DNA of 64,000 nucleotides from Candidatus Aenigmatarchaeota archaeon (GCA_016198685.1 JACQID010000004.1:1-64000); one strand, 5' to 3'. Numbered from the stretch's first letter, positions 48,144-57,337 are shown. Numbers and translations are program-made. The notes: generated from the letters alone by a model not told the origin.

Positions 48144-48264
48144 TGCACCATCCGGGATTTGAACCCGGATCACGAGCTGTTTCCATGCTATTTTAATACA
48201 GCATACGATGCAGCGAAGTTGCGGGCATTGGGAAGCTCGAATCCTGCCATTAGACTAATGGTGC
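48144..48264 (-). tRNA. tRNA-Gly(CCC) with 50-nt intron at 37/38
   Basis: GCACCAT/ATGGTGC acceptor; CGAGC-TT CCC A|intron|A-GCTCG; CCGGG-TTCAAAT-CCCGG T-arm; TTCC/GGAA central helix with ACA bulge. Confidence 0.9.
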
Positions 48265-48291
48265 TTTTCTGATAAGTTTTCTAGAAAATAC

Positions 48292-48615
48292 TTAAGTGTG
48301 ATTTCTAGTCCTAAGCAGGCGGATCCTTTTCGAGAATAAAATTTTTTCAAGAACTTTTGCATTATAATCCGGCTGGCCATCAGAGTTGAAAATGCCAGAA
48401 TAAAAAGCTCTTACGGTCCTATATTGCTCATGTCTTGGAACTTTGGCATTCGATGCCATAGGCTCGATCTCCAATGTATAGCCTATATGGTCCTTAGGCA
48501 TTTCCCTTGACACTACAAAATAATAGACAGCTATTTTGTTTTCTCCTTCGCTTGTCCATACTACTTCATGAACGGTACCCCTGCGTCTGACATAGATCGG
48601 CCCATCCGTAGACAA
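48292..48615 (-). CDS. Hypothetical protein
   Basis: 107-aa ORF with TTG start; no motif recognised. Confidence 0.45.
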   Translation of the reverse strand: MSTDGPIYVRRRGTVHEVVWTSEGENKIAVYYFVVSREMPKDHIGYTLEIEPMASNAKVPRHEQYRTVRAFYSGIFNSDGQPDYNAKVLEKILFSKRIRLLRTRNHT

Positions 48616-48796
48616 GAAATATGATTCATGGTTGTCTATGACAGTATAGAAATCGGAGCTATAGGCTCTTGCCCGAAAGCCGTTACGCCTGAGTCTTCAT
48701 GCAAATTCAGACGGCATTATGAAGGTAACTTTTAGAATAATGCATATTCCAGGAGAATAAAATAATATCATATGCGATTAGTTCCTTAAGAAAGAA

Positions 48797-48919
48797 TCAG
48801 CCTTTGCCGTATTCTGCGGCGCATTTTTTGCAGACATACGTCTTCGTGCCGTAAAATCTGTGCTCATTCATATCCTTTTCGTCAAATTCGCCGCCGCAGG
48901 AATCGCATTCTTTGCGCAT
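48797..48919 (-). CDS. 40-aa zinc-finger microprotein
   Basis: Hand-translated MRKECDSCGGEFDEKDMNEHRFYGTKTYVCKKCAAEYGKG*. Confidence 0.6.
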   Translation of the reverse strand: MRKECDSCGGEFDEKDMNEHRFYGTKTYVCKKCAAEYGKG

Positions 48920-48950
48920 CCTACAAAATTAGCCTTGCCGCTTTATATTC

Positions 48951-50321
48951 TTGTCGCCCGCTTGCAACATTATAAACGGATATGCGGATAGTAGGCCTAT
49001 GCGGCTCAGAAGAACTGTGGGTGTCTGGGGCGCGACATCCGTAGGAATTGCTAATATCATTGGCGCAGGCATATTCGTACTGAGCGGTGTCGCCGCAGGC
49101 ATTGCCGGGCCATCCGTTATATTATCATTCTTTATCGCAGGCTTCATAGCGTTGATGACCGCGCTCTCGGCAGCCGAACTTTCATCGCTAATAACCGAAA
49201 CAGGTGCCAGTTATGCCTTTACCAAGAAAGCTTTCGGCAGGTTTTGGAGTTTCCTCGTAGGCTGGTTCAAGTATTTTGATTATACTGTCGGTGCCGCCGC
49301 TGTATCCGTAGGCTTTGCAGCGTATTTTGCCGCGTTTTTCGGAATGAACGGGCCCACTGCCTTGGCATTATCGGCCGTTGGCTTGCCGGTCGCGCTTACT
49401 ATTCTGAATCTGATTGGCGTACGTGAAACCGCCCGGGCTACTGCAGCGATGGTTTTTGTTAAAGTCTTTGCGCTAGTCCTGCTTGTGATGCTCGGGATTT
49501 TTTATCTTGGGCAGAATTTCAATGCCTCTCATTATACGCCGTTTTTTGTCAATGGCTTGGGCGGCACACTTGAAGCTGCTGCTGTAGTATTCTTCGCGTT
49601 CCTTGGGTTCAATACCGTGAGCATGATGTCCGAGGAAACGAAAAATCCTGAGAAGACTATTCCGCGTGCATTAATGATAGCTTTTTTCGTCTCATTCATA
49701 CTTTATATGGCAATAGCGGTGGTGGAAATCGGAGTTCTGGACTGGAACACCATGGGATCAACAGCATCTCCCTTGATAGAACTTGCGGCAGCGTTGACGT
49801 CTAACCGGATGTTCATGGACTTTATTGCATTCTCTGCCATGGTAGCAACAGGTTCTGTAGCCCTGAGCTCAATGATAGGTGGCACGAGAACGAGCTATGT
49901 GATGGGGCGCGATGGCCTTCTTCCGCGCCAGTTCGAATCTGTCAGCAAACGGTTCGGAACGCCTTATATTTCCATACTTGTCAGCGGCATGATAATTACA
50001 GTACTTGCAGGACTTTTCGCTGATAATATAGCACTCATAGTTTCAATCGTGAATTTCGGAAGCCTCTTCACTTACATGTTTACTCATTTATCGTTAATAA
50101 GATTGCGCCACCTCATGCCTAAGGCAAAGCGTCATTTCAGAGTTCCCGCTTATCCAGTCGTGCCTATTATCGGAATAATAAGTTGCCTTTTTTTCATGTT
50201 TTATCTCAGTGTTGATGCCAAGGTGGCAGCAATGTTATGGGCAGCTATAGGGATTGTTGCATATGCGGTTTTTCACACTAAAAGAAGCAAAGTTCCTCTA
50301 GGATTTTTAGTCAAGGATTAG
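48951..50321 (+). CDS. APC-family amino acid permease
   Basis: IIGAGIFVLSG..AGIAGP, AELSS, FFAFLGF, EETKNPEKTIPRA, GLLPR, GTPY. Confidence 0.92.
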   Translation: MSPACNIINGYADSRPMRLRRTVGVWGATSVGIANIIGAGIFVLSGVAAGIAGPSVILSFFIAGFIALMTALSAAELSSLITETGASYAFTKKAFGRFWSFLVGWFKYFDYTVGAAAVSVGFAAYFAAFFGMNGPTALALSAVGLPVALTILNLIGVRETARATAAMVFVKVFALVLLVMLGIFYLGQNFNASHYTPFFVNGLGGTLEAAAVVFFAFLGFNTVSMMSEETKNPEKTIPRALMIAFFVSFILYMAIAVVEIGVLDWNTMGSTASPLIELAAALTSNRMFMDFIAFSAMVATGSVALSSMIGGTRTSYVMGRDGLLPRQFESVSKRFGTPYISILVSGMIITVLAGLFADNIALIVSIVNFGSLFTYMFTHLSLIRLRHLMPKAKRHFRVPAYPVVPIIGIISCLFFMFYLSVDAKVAAMLWAAIGIVAYAVFHTKRSKVPLGFLVKD

Positions 50322-50347
50322 GGTATTGTTTCTTAGAATAAATTTAA

Positions 50348-50420
50348 TGGGCCCGCTGTGATTTGAACACAGGCCTCGGCCACCCCAAGGCCGGATCCTA
50401 CCAAGCTAGACTACAGGCCC
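50348..50420 (-). tRNA. tRNA-Pro(GGG)
   Basis: GGGCCTG/CGGGCCC acceptor; CGGCC-TT GGG GT-GGCCG anticodon arm; CTGTG-TTCAAAT-CACAG T-arm. Confidence 0.88.
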
Positions 50421-50458
50421 CGCATTTTGTATAATTAGTCCGGCAGCAAAATATAAGT

Positions 50459-50694
50459 ATGGATGAAATAACCTGCGTACTTGGGAGGAAGATAGGATTC
50501 ACGAAGGAAAATGGCTACATATCGTGATGCGCCATCCTGAGATGGAAGGCAAGGAGACGGAAATAGCGGAAACTCTCAAGAATGCCGATTTTGTGCAGAG
50601 AAGCGCGTACAGCAGTGATGCGCTTCTCTATTACAGAGGCATCCAAATCAAACGGTATTTTGTGGTTGTGGTGGCTTTGTTTAAATACTTTTAG
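50459..50694 (+). pseudogene. Frameshifted small nuclease/toxin-like gene (PBECR/RelE-like)
   Basis: MDEITCVLGRKIGFTKE, frameshift at gaaaatgg (about 50507-50514), then WLHIVMRHPEME...ETLKNADFVQRS...LLYYR...YFVVVV. Confidence 0.55.
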
Positions 50695-51508
50695 AAAATT
50701 GAGTATAAGGGTGTTAAATGTGCCTTTAGGTCATGGCGAAATTATTATTCCAAATATGATGGATATGCAATTACTCATGGATATTTATAATGTATCTCCA
50801 AGTAGCCGTAGAGGCCTAGATAGCGGAGAGTTGTCTGCATTGAGAGTAATTTCAAACGCCCCAAAAACGAGTAATGTATTCTACGGAATTGAGATCGGGC
50901 CGTTTGGCGGGCAGACCCGCCCATATACTGCGCATTTTGCGGATCTTCAGCCGCATGACAAGCCCCTTACAATGAGAGAATTAGTGGGGCTGTTCTATGG
51001 ACTTTATGGTGTTGCACCTTCAAATGATGTGATAGACAGTATTGTCCGTATTCAAGATTTGGTGGATCAAGATCGTGCAAATCCGCCATTTTTCCGCAAA
51101 GGATTAACTCCGCATGAATACGCAGATTCTTTAATTGTGGACGGAAGAACATGCATACAAAGACCTATAATACAAATGACTGGTGCTGATAGGATAGACT
51201 ATGCAGGAGGAGATAAATCAAGAATAAAACTCCCGCCCTCGGGATGGGTAGGTGAATTTGATGAGACGGGTCTTCCCTACAAAACTTTCCGTAATAGGCG
51301 TGATGCTGAACAAGCCTTAGGTAATCACGCGCCTTATTTTGACGGCAACTTTCGCAAGAACGGCGCAAATGTTTTAGTGCGAGCTTATAACATGAAAAGA
51401 AAAGCGCCGTTCACAATAACCGCCGTGCCTTTGAATCAACGAGATCCGGAGATAGGCGTACGGAAAACAGCCCTATACATAGCACCTTCTGCAGTTAACG
51501 CTGTTTGA
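50582..51508 (+). CDS. Hypothetical protein (true start probably GTG 50720 or ATG 50756)
   Basis: Long open frame; the 5' part overlaps the pseudogene and looks non-coding; no family recognised. Confidence 0.6.
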   Translation: MPILCREARTAVMRFSITEASKSNGILWLWWLCLNTFRKLSIRVLNVPLGHGEIIIPNMMDMQLLMDIYNVSPSSRRGLDSGELSALRVISNAPKTSNVFYGIEIGPFGGQTRPYTAHFADLQPHDKPLTMRELVGLFYGLYGVAPSNDVIDSIVRIQDLVDQDRANPPFFRKGLTPHEYADSLIVDGRTCIQRPIIQMTGADRIDYAGGDKSRIKLPPSGWVGEFDETGLPYKTFRNRRDAEQALGNHAPYFDGNFRKNGANVLVRAYNMKRKAPFTITAVPLNQRDPEIGVRKTALYIAPSAVNAV

Positions 51509-51674
51509 AACGTTGCAGTTTAGCCCTTTTCGTGTTTTAGCGGAAAAGATAGTGCAGGCGTTTGCGATTGATATAATTGATTTACAATAATTAAGTTAGG
51601 CGCCCTTGCGTGCTTTGTTGCCGGATCTTAGCGATAATGCCGATATTCATAAACTCAACGTGACAAAGTATGAT

Positions 51675-52907
51675 ATGACAAATTTGCCGAAGCGTGAATT
51701 ACCTGCCAACAGCGGCTTCTCCGAAGAATTCCGAATCATGGGGACTTTTTACATTATAAACTTCCTTGAAGGGGCGGCAGCTCTCATACTGCCTTATTGG
51801 GTGCTTTATTTCTCGGAAATCGGGCTTTCATTTACCCAGATTTCCCTCTTAATCTCTGCATCATTTATGGCATCGCTTTTCTTTGAGGTTCCTACAGGCA
51901 TCATAGCTGATGTATATGGGCGCAAGGTTTCCGTTGTGCTAAGCTTCTTTCTTTGCGGCTTTGCGTTGATGGCAATATCATTTACGCGAGAATTCGGGAT
52001 TATCGCGGCATTGTTCTTCTTCATGCAGGCATCGAATACATTATCTACAGGAGCATGGGATGCATGGCTGGTTGATTATGCGAAGCGCGAAGGGGGGCGA
52101 AAGCTAGTGAATACGGCAATCTCAAAAGCCCATGCATTCACCCTTGCAGGCACATTTTTAGGGTTTCTAGTTTCCGGCCTCCTCGTTACGGCTATCGGAC
52201 TTTCAATGCTTTGGGTTATTACAGGGTTGCTTACCATGGCAGGAGGAATCTATGCTCTTCTATACGGGAAAGAATATTTCGTTCGGCGCAGAGTAAAGAT
52301 GTCCGATTTACTGAATCATGCTGTTCGGCAAAGTGTAAAGGGCAGCAAATACATGGCATCGCATAATGTGATTTTGTATCTCGTGCTAGGAACCGCATTC
52401 TTAGGTTTTTTCACGGCAGGTGAGATAGCATGGCAGCCCTTCCTCAAAGACATAGGCATGCCAATAGCTTATTTAGGCCCGCTTTTCGCCGTAGCATCGC
52501 TCATAGGAATCATATTCTCTGCATTGAGCCCTACGTTTGTTCGTTTGGTTGGCTCCCAGAGGAATGCTCTCATAATTTCCATTGTCATGATGAGCATATT
52601 ATTCCTAATTATCAGCGTTGTTTCCGATTATTTGCTTGCAGCCGCCATATATGTTGCTTTGGCATCCATAGGGGCTCTATACTATCCTTTGCGCGAGGCG
52701 TATTTCCATAAATTTGTTCCTTCGCATAGCAGGGCAACTATGGGCTCGATAAAGAATGTGGTTTACAGCATCGTGGGCATAATCGCATTATTCATAGGAG
52801 GGGTGATAGCCGATTCCTACGGGCCTCAGGCAGCTTTGGTCGCATGTTCGATATTGATATTGCCTGCGATATTTTTCTATGGAATGATAAAGGAATCAAG
52901 GAAGTGA
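51675..52907 (+). CDS. MFS transporter
   Basis: FEVPTGIIADVYGRKVS motif A; 12-TM pattern; start 51675 or 51738. Confidence 0.92.
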   Translation: MTNLPKRELPANSGFSEEFRIMGTFYIINFLEGAAALILPYWVLYFSEIGLSFTQISLLISASFMASLFFEVPTGIIADVYGRKVSVVLSFFLCGFALMAISFTREFGIIAALFFFMQASNTLSTGAWDAWLVDYAKREGGRKLVNTAISKAHAFTLAGTFLGFLVSGLLVTAIGLSMLWVITGLLTMAGGIYALLYGKEYFVRRRVKMSDLLNHAVRQSVKGSKYMASHNVILYLVLGTAFLGFFTAGEIAWQPFLKDIGMPIAYLGPLFAVASLIGIIFSALSPTFVRLVGSQRNALIISIVMMSILFLIISVVSDYLLAAAIYVALASIGALYYPLREAYFHKFVPSHSRATMGSIKNVVYSIVGIIALFIGGVIADSYGPQAALVACSILILPAIFFYGMIKESRK

Positions 52908-52917
52908 TATACGCGGC

Positions 52918-53349
52918 TTATTCTCTGCCCTTTATTTTCATTGCTTCAGGCATTTTATTCTCATCCATGTAGAAAATTTCCCATATATGACCGTCAAGAT
53001 CTTCGAATGCTCCTCCATACATCCATCCACTATCCTCAATCGGCCTGAATTCTCGGCCGCCTGCCTCGATAACTTTCTTCATCATTTCATCGACTGCCTT
53101 TTTGCTATCGAGAGTCAGAGCGTTGAGAACTTCTGTACTTCTTTTCGCATCAGAAATTTCTTTGCCCGGAATAAATGTCTTGAAGAATTTCTCAGCTAAA
53201 AGCATGGCATATATGCCTTTTCCAAGGATAAGACAACCGGCATTTTCATCTGTAAATTCAGGTCTAAAGGTAAATCCAAGTGCGGAGAAAAACTGCTTTG
53301 TTTTGTTAATGTCTTTTACTGGCAGATTGACAAAAATTTCTTTTACCAT
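52918..53349 (-). CDS. VOC/glyoxalase-family protein
   Basis: IFVNLPVKDINKTKQFFSALGF...GWMYGGAFEDLDGHIWE. Confidence 0.9.
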   Translation of the reverse strand: MVKEIFVNLPVKDINKTKQFFSALGFTFRPEFTDENAGCLILGKGIYAMLLAEKFFKTFIPGKEISDAKRSTEVLNALTLDSKKAVDEMMKKVIEAGGREFRPIEDSGWMYGGAFEDLDGHIWEIFYMDENKMPEAMKIKGRE

Positions 53350-53395
53350 ATTGATACAACACTTTGAATCTTATTAAAGTTTTATTCTCGAAATA

Positions 53396-53953
53396 TTATT
53401 TACTATTATTTCTGAAACAGGTCTTTAGATGGTCGTTCGTCATGCCTGTTGCCTGCATGAAAGCATAACATATGGTCGAGCCGACAAAGCGAAAACCTCT
53501 TTTTCGCAGTTCTTTGCTGATGGCATCGGATTCATCGCTTGTTGCCGGTATCTGGGAAACCGAAGTAGGAGTTCTATGTTTTTTGTTTGCGAATTTCCAT
53601 ATATATTTGTCAAATGAGCCGAATTCTTTTTGGACGGCAAGAAATGCTCTTGCATTTGTTATTGCAGCCTTGATTTTGAGTTTGTTCCGTATTATCCCGG
53701 GGTTGGAAATAAGCTTCTGAACTTTCTTTTCATTATACTTGGCTATTGTGTTAGCGTCAAAATTATCAAATGCCATGCGGAAATTCTCCCGCTTTTTGAG
53801 TACAGTCGACCAGCTAAGGCCGGCTTGGAAAGCTTCCAGAATAAGGAACTCGAAGAGCTTCTGGTCATTATGCACAGGAACGCCCCACTCCTTGTCGTGA
53901 TAATCTACCATTAAAGTATCCGTGCCGGCCCATTCGCACCTTTGCATGTACAA
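53396..53953 (-). CDS. tag: DNA-3-methyladenine glycosylase I
   Basis: RCEWA...YHDKEWG...LFEFLILEAFQAGLSW...IIRNKLKI...FVGSTICYAFMQATGMTNDH...C. Confidence 0.95.
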   Translation of the reverse strand: MYMQRCEWAGTDTLMVDYHDKEWGVPVHNDQKLFEFLILEAFQAGLSWSTVLKKRENFRMAFDNFDANTIAKYNEKKVQKLISNPGIIRNKLKIKAAITNARAFLAVQKEFGSFDKYIWKFANKKHRTPTSVSQIPATSDESDAISKELRKRGFRFVGSTICYAFMQATGMTNDHLKTCFRNNSK

Positions 53954-53994
53954 TCTTAGGTGAGAAATTTAAAAAACAAGCGCCAATACATCAT

Positions 53995-54417
53995 ATGAAA
54001 TGGTTTATTATGACTTTGACAGCCGTTATATTGATTATTTTTATCCTGGCGCCCCTTGACGGCAGCGAAGCGGAATTGAGTTCGGTAAGAGTGGGAAACA
54101 TGGAGTACAAAGTGGAAATTGCAGATTCCTATGACGAAAGAACAGCGGGTCTGATGCATAGGCCTTTGCTTGAAGAGGATCATGGAATGTTGTTTGTATT
54201 TCCGAACGAAGATTATCATCCTTTCTGGATGAGGAATACTCTGATACCGTTGGATATAATATTTATATCGGCCGATCTTCGCGTCGTGGATACAGTTTCG
54301 CTCCGGCCATGTGTTGAAACCTGTGAAGCCTATGTGCCTAAAGAGAAGGCCTTATTCGTGCTTGAAGTTAATAGTGGCTCAGGAATAGCGAAAGAAGAAA
54401 ATGTTGTTATAGGATAA
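53995..54417 (+). CDS. DUF192-family protein
   Basis: VEIAD...RTAGLMHR...GMLFVF...FWMRNTLIPLDIIF...VLEVNSG. Confidence 0.9.
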   Translation: MKWFIMTLTAVILIIFILAPLDGSEAELSSVRVGNMEYKVEIADSYDERTAGLMHRPLLEEDHGMLFVFPNEDYHPFWMRNTLIPLDIIFISADLRVVDTVSLRPCVETCEAYVPKEKALFVLEVNSGSGIAKEENVVIG

Positions 54418-54429
54418 GAGAGCGGATAA

Positions 54430-55032
54430 TTACCCGAGGGCCTTTTGTATGTCACTGAAAACTACGTCAACCGCCCGCATAGCATCTATTGTCTTCAGGA
54501 TTTTCTTTTTCTTGTAATAATCAATGAGCGGTTTCGTTTCTGTGTGATAGATTTCCAGCCTTTTTTCCATTGCCGCTGGCTTGTCATCGTCCCTCTGGTA
54601 TAATTCCCCGCCGCAGGCGCCGCATTTTTTCCTCCCTTCAGAATATATCTTGCCGCAATCCCTGCATTGGCGTCTTTTGGACATCCTCTCGATAGCTATT
54701 CTATCGTCCAATTCAAGAAGTATGGCGGCATCAAATTTTTCATTGAGCATCTCTGCCTGGCGCGTATTGCGGGGAAATCCGTCAAGTACTACGCCTTTGG
54801 AAGAATCTCCCTTTGAAAGCCTTTGCTTGAGTATGCCAACCGTCAATTCATCCGGCACGAGCTTGCCTGCATTCATTATTTCTTTCATTTTCTTGCCGAT
54901 ATCGGTGTTGTTTTTTACTTCTTCCCTCAGAAGATCTCCCATGGAAATGTGAGGGAGTCCGTATTTTTCAGAAAGCATGGACGCTTGAGTTCCTTTGCCA
55001 GAGCCAGGAGGGCCTAGAAGCACGATTTTCAT
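54430..55032 (-). CDS. adk: Adenylate kinase (bacterial-type, zinc LID)
   Basis: GPPGSGKGTQA, HISMGDLLR, GKLVPDE, LDGFPRN, CRDC...CGAC, RDDD. Confidence 0.94.
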   Translation of the reverse strand: MKIVLLGPPGSGKGTQASMLSEKYGLPHISMGDLLREEVKNNTDIGKKMKEIMNAGKLVPDELTVGILKQRLSKGDSSKGVVLDGFPRNTRQAEMLNEKFDAAILLELDDRIAIERMSKRRQCRDCGKIYSEGRKKCGACGGELYQRDDDKPAAMEKRLEIYHTETKPLIDYYKKKKILKTIDAMRAVDVVFSDIQKALG

Positions 55033-55041
55033 TGTTCCACC

Positions 55042-55593
55042 TTATTCATCGTATTGAGTTGTTTTGAAAAGTTTATCAACCTTTTCATACAATTCTCCAA
55101 GAGTTCCGTTGTTATTTATCTTGAAATCATCATATTGCAAAGCCTGGGTATATCCCAATTCCTCCTCCCGTTTCTCCTGCCCTTCAAATTCTTCAAGAGT
55201 CTGCGGGTCTCCGGCTCTGCCGCGCGCAAACATCCTTTCAAATCTTTTTTCTGCGTCGGCTTCTATCAGAATTATTTTCATCTTGCGAAACATATTCTTC
55301 AGCGGAAGCACATCACCTTCTGTTCGCATTTCCTTGATAATGATTTTTGGGCCGCTTTCCGCCACTTTTTTCATGATTATGTTCGTAAAATAGTCGCCCC
55401 CGTACCGATCGCGATATTTCTTGCTTACTGCCTGCATGTTAGCCCTGGTTAGTTCAAGGCCCTCTTTTTCGGTCACTTCTTTCACGGCATCCCGGAATGC
55501 GACCACCGCATAGCCGTACTTTCTTGCGATGTATTCGGCAACAGTATCCTTGCCAGCGCCTATTCTCCCGATAATGCCGATTATTTTCTGCAT
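55042..55593 (-). CDS. P-loop nucleoside/dephospho-CoA kinase-like protein (UPF0200-like)
   Basis: IIGIIGRIGAGKDTVA...RFERMFARGR.GDP...INNNGTL. Confidence 0.75.
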   Translation of the reverse strand: MQKIIGIIGRIGAGKDTVAEYIARKYGYAVVAFRDAVKEVTEKEGLELTRANMQAVSKKYRDRYGGDYFTNIIMKKVAESGPKIIIKEMRTEGDVLPLKNMFRKMKIILIEADAEKRFERMFARGRAGDPQTLEEFEGQEKREEELGYTQALQYDDFKINNNGTLGELYEKVDKLFKTTQYDE

Positions 55594-55620
55594 TAGATCA
55601 TTTGCCCTTTAACCCTTAAA

Positions 55621-56480
55621 TCAGAACGAAAGCGCGATTATGCCTGCTACTATGAAAAACAGCGCAAGATATTGATGGCTATCGAGCTTCTCTTTGAGGA
55701 AGAACCGCGCGTAAAGAACGCTGATTACGGGAGCCGCAAATGCAAGCGGCCCTACTATACTGACATCGGCTGCGACAATGCCTGCGTTATATGCTCCCAC
55801 ACCTACAGCCGCAAGAAGGCTTACTATGACTATGCTCTTTGCAGCTTTTCCGTTTATAGGCTTCAATTTACCCGTTCCGACCGCAATCAACGCCGCAAAA
55901 CCCCCTACACCTGCCTGCGTCACAATTGCGGTAAACATCGGCCCCATTCCGGAAGCAGGATACTTCAAAAGAAAGAAATATGCGCCCCACAAGATAGATG
56001 TGATAAGAGCGTAATGCACGCCTGCGTGACCGTTCTTCAGGTCGCCGGGCTTAAGAGACACAAGTATTACTCCAAAAATTATGGCAGCTACTGAAAGAAG
56101 CTGCAGCCCGGCAAGGACTTCTCCAAGAATCAGACCGAAAATATCGCAGTAAACACACCGGCAGAATTTGCAACAGGCACGATGACGCCTATTTTACCAG
56201 CTTCCAACGCCTTATAGAATGTGAACAATGGCGCAACGCCAAGAAGGGCTATTCCCATGGCTATGATTATATGCTCTATTGACAATATGAAACCTGCAGG
56301 ATATAGCAGAAATGCTGGGACAAGCAACGCTGCGCTTATCAATGACTGGTATACGATGAGGTTCAGTTCGCCGGTCTTTTTTACGACGTTTTGAACCAAT
56401 GCATTGTTAAGGCCGAACCCTATCATGGCAAGAATACCAAGCAGTATTCCGGTCTCGGCAGCCATCTTATGAAATGGCAT
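55621..56480 (-). pseudogene. EamA/DMT transporter split by a single-base frameshift
   Basis: Frame 1 ends ...FTAIFSV*; the shifted frame continues LILGEVLAGLQLLSVAAIIFGVILVSLKPG into the second EamA domain; break near 56130. Confidence 0.8.
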
Positions 56481-56515
56481 CGTGGCGTTTTAAAGCATCG
56501 CTGGTAATTAGGATA

Positions 56516-57337
56516 ATGTCGCTGCGCGACCTTTTGATAAAGAAATTGGGAAAAAGCGAAGTTGCGTTGGTGCCTTCTTCTTTTGACGTTATCGGCAACC
56601 GTGATAAGGCAGTTGCTATAATAGAGATTCCTGAAGAATTGCGGAAAAAGAAAAAGATCATAGCAGAAGCTCTGATGGAACAGCATCCTAATGTGAAAAC
56701 AGTTCTTGAGAAGGCGTCCCCAAGAAAGGGGGTCTATCGCACCCGCACGCTAAAAATCATCGCGGGCTCGCGCAAGACTGAAGTCATGCATATTGAGAAT
56801 GGGTGCCGTTTCTTTGTAGATCCTCGCAAGGCATATTTCTCCCAGAGAGAAGCAACTGAACGGGCGCGGGTTGCAAGTGAAATCCATGAAGGCGATGCAA
56901 TAATGGTATTTTTTGCCGGCGTAGGTGCTCTGCCTATCTTAATGGCAAAAAAGGCGCGGCTAGCGCGTTGCGTCGGAATAGAGATAAATCCAGATGCCGT
57001 GGAATCTTTCAGGAAAAATATGATCCTGAATAAGACTGCCAATATTGAAGCCGTGTTAGGGGACGTCAGGGAGAAGCACATGGCATATAAGGATAGTTTT
57101 GACAGGGTTCTTATGCCGCTTCCGGAAACAAGCGAAGAGTTCCTGGCCGAGGCATTGTCTGTTCTGAAGCGGGGCGGCATTGCAAGCGTTTATTTTTTCG
57201 CAGCCGAAACAGAATTAAAGGAGCGGGAGAAAGATATTGCAGGCAAGCTCAACGGGACAGTATTCAAAACAGTCCGGGTCTTGCCATATGGGCCGAGGAT
57301 ATGGAAATACCGGACTGATGTGGTAGTGAAAAAATGA
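56516..57337 (+). CDS. Trm5/Taw2 (Met-10+-like) tRNA methyltransferase
   Basis: PSSFDVIG, HIENGCRF.VD...YFS, FFAGVG, IEINPDA, DRVLMPLP. Confidence 0.8.
   Translation: MSLRDLLIKKLGKSEVALVPSSFDVIGNRDKAVAIIEIPEELRKKKKIIAEALMEQHPNVKTVLEKASPRKGVYRTRTLKIIAGSRKTEVMHIENGCRFFVDPRKAYFSQREATERARVASEIHEGDAIMVFFAGVGALPILMAKKARLARCVGIEINPDAVESFRKNMILNKTANIEAVLGDVREKHMAYKDSFDRVLMPLPETSEEFLAEALSVLKRGGIASVYFFAAETELKEREKDIAGKLNGTVFKTVRVLPYGPRIWKYRTDVVVKK

Noticed and set aside
38800-48300. Integrative element (att sites, integrase) carrying the que cluster
   Set aside because: No integrase in the window, and no same-strand duplicate of the tRNA-Gly 3' end found by eye; the GGTGCA at about 38834 is short and on the wrong strand. 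Island status remains an inference.
50348-50420. tRNA-Pro(TGG) reading of the anticodon
   Set aside because: The stem register CGGCC/GGCCG places GGG, not TGG, at positions 34-36.
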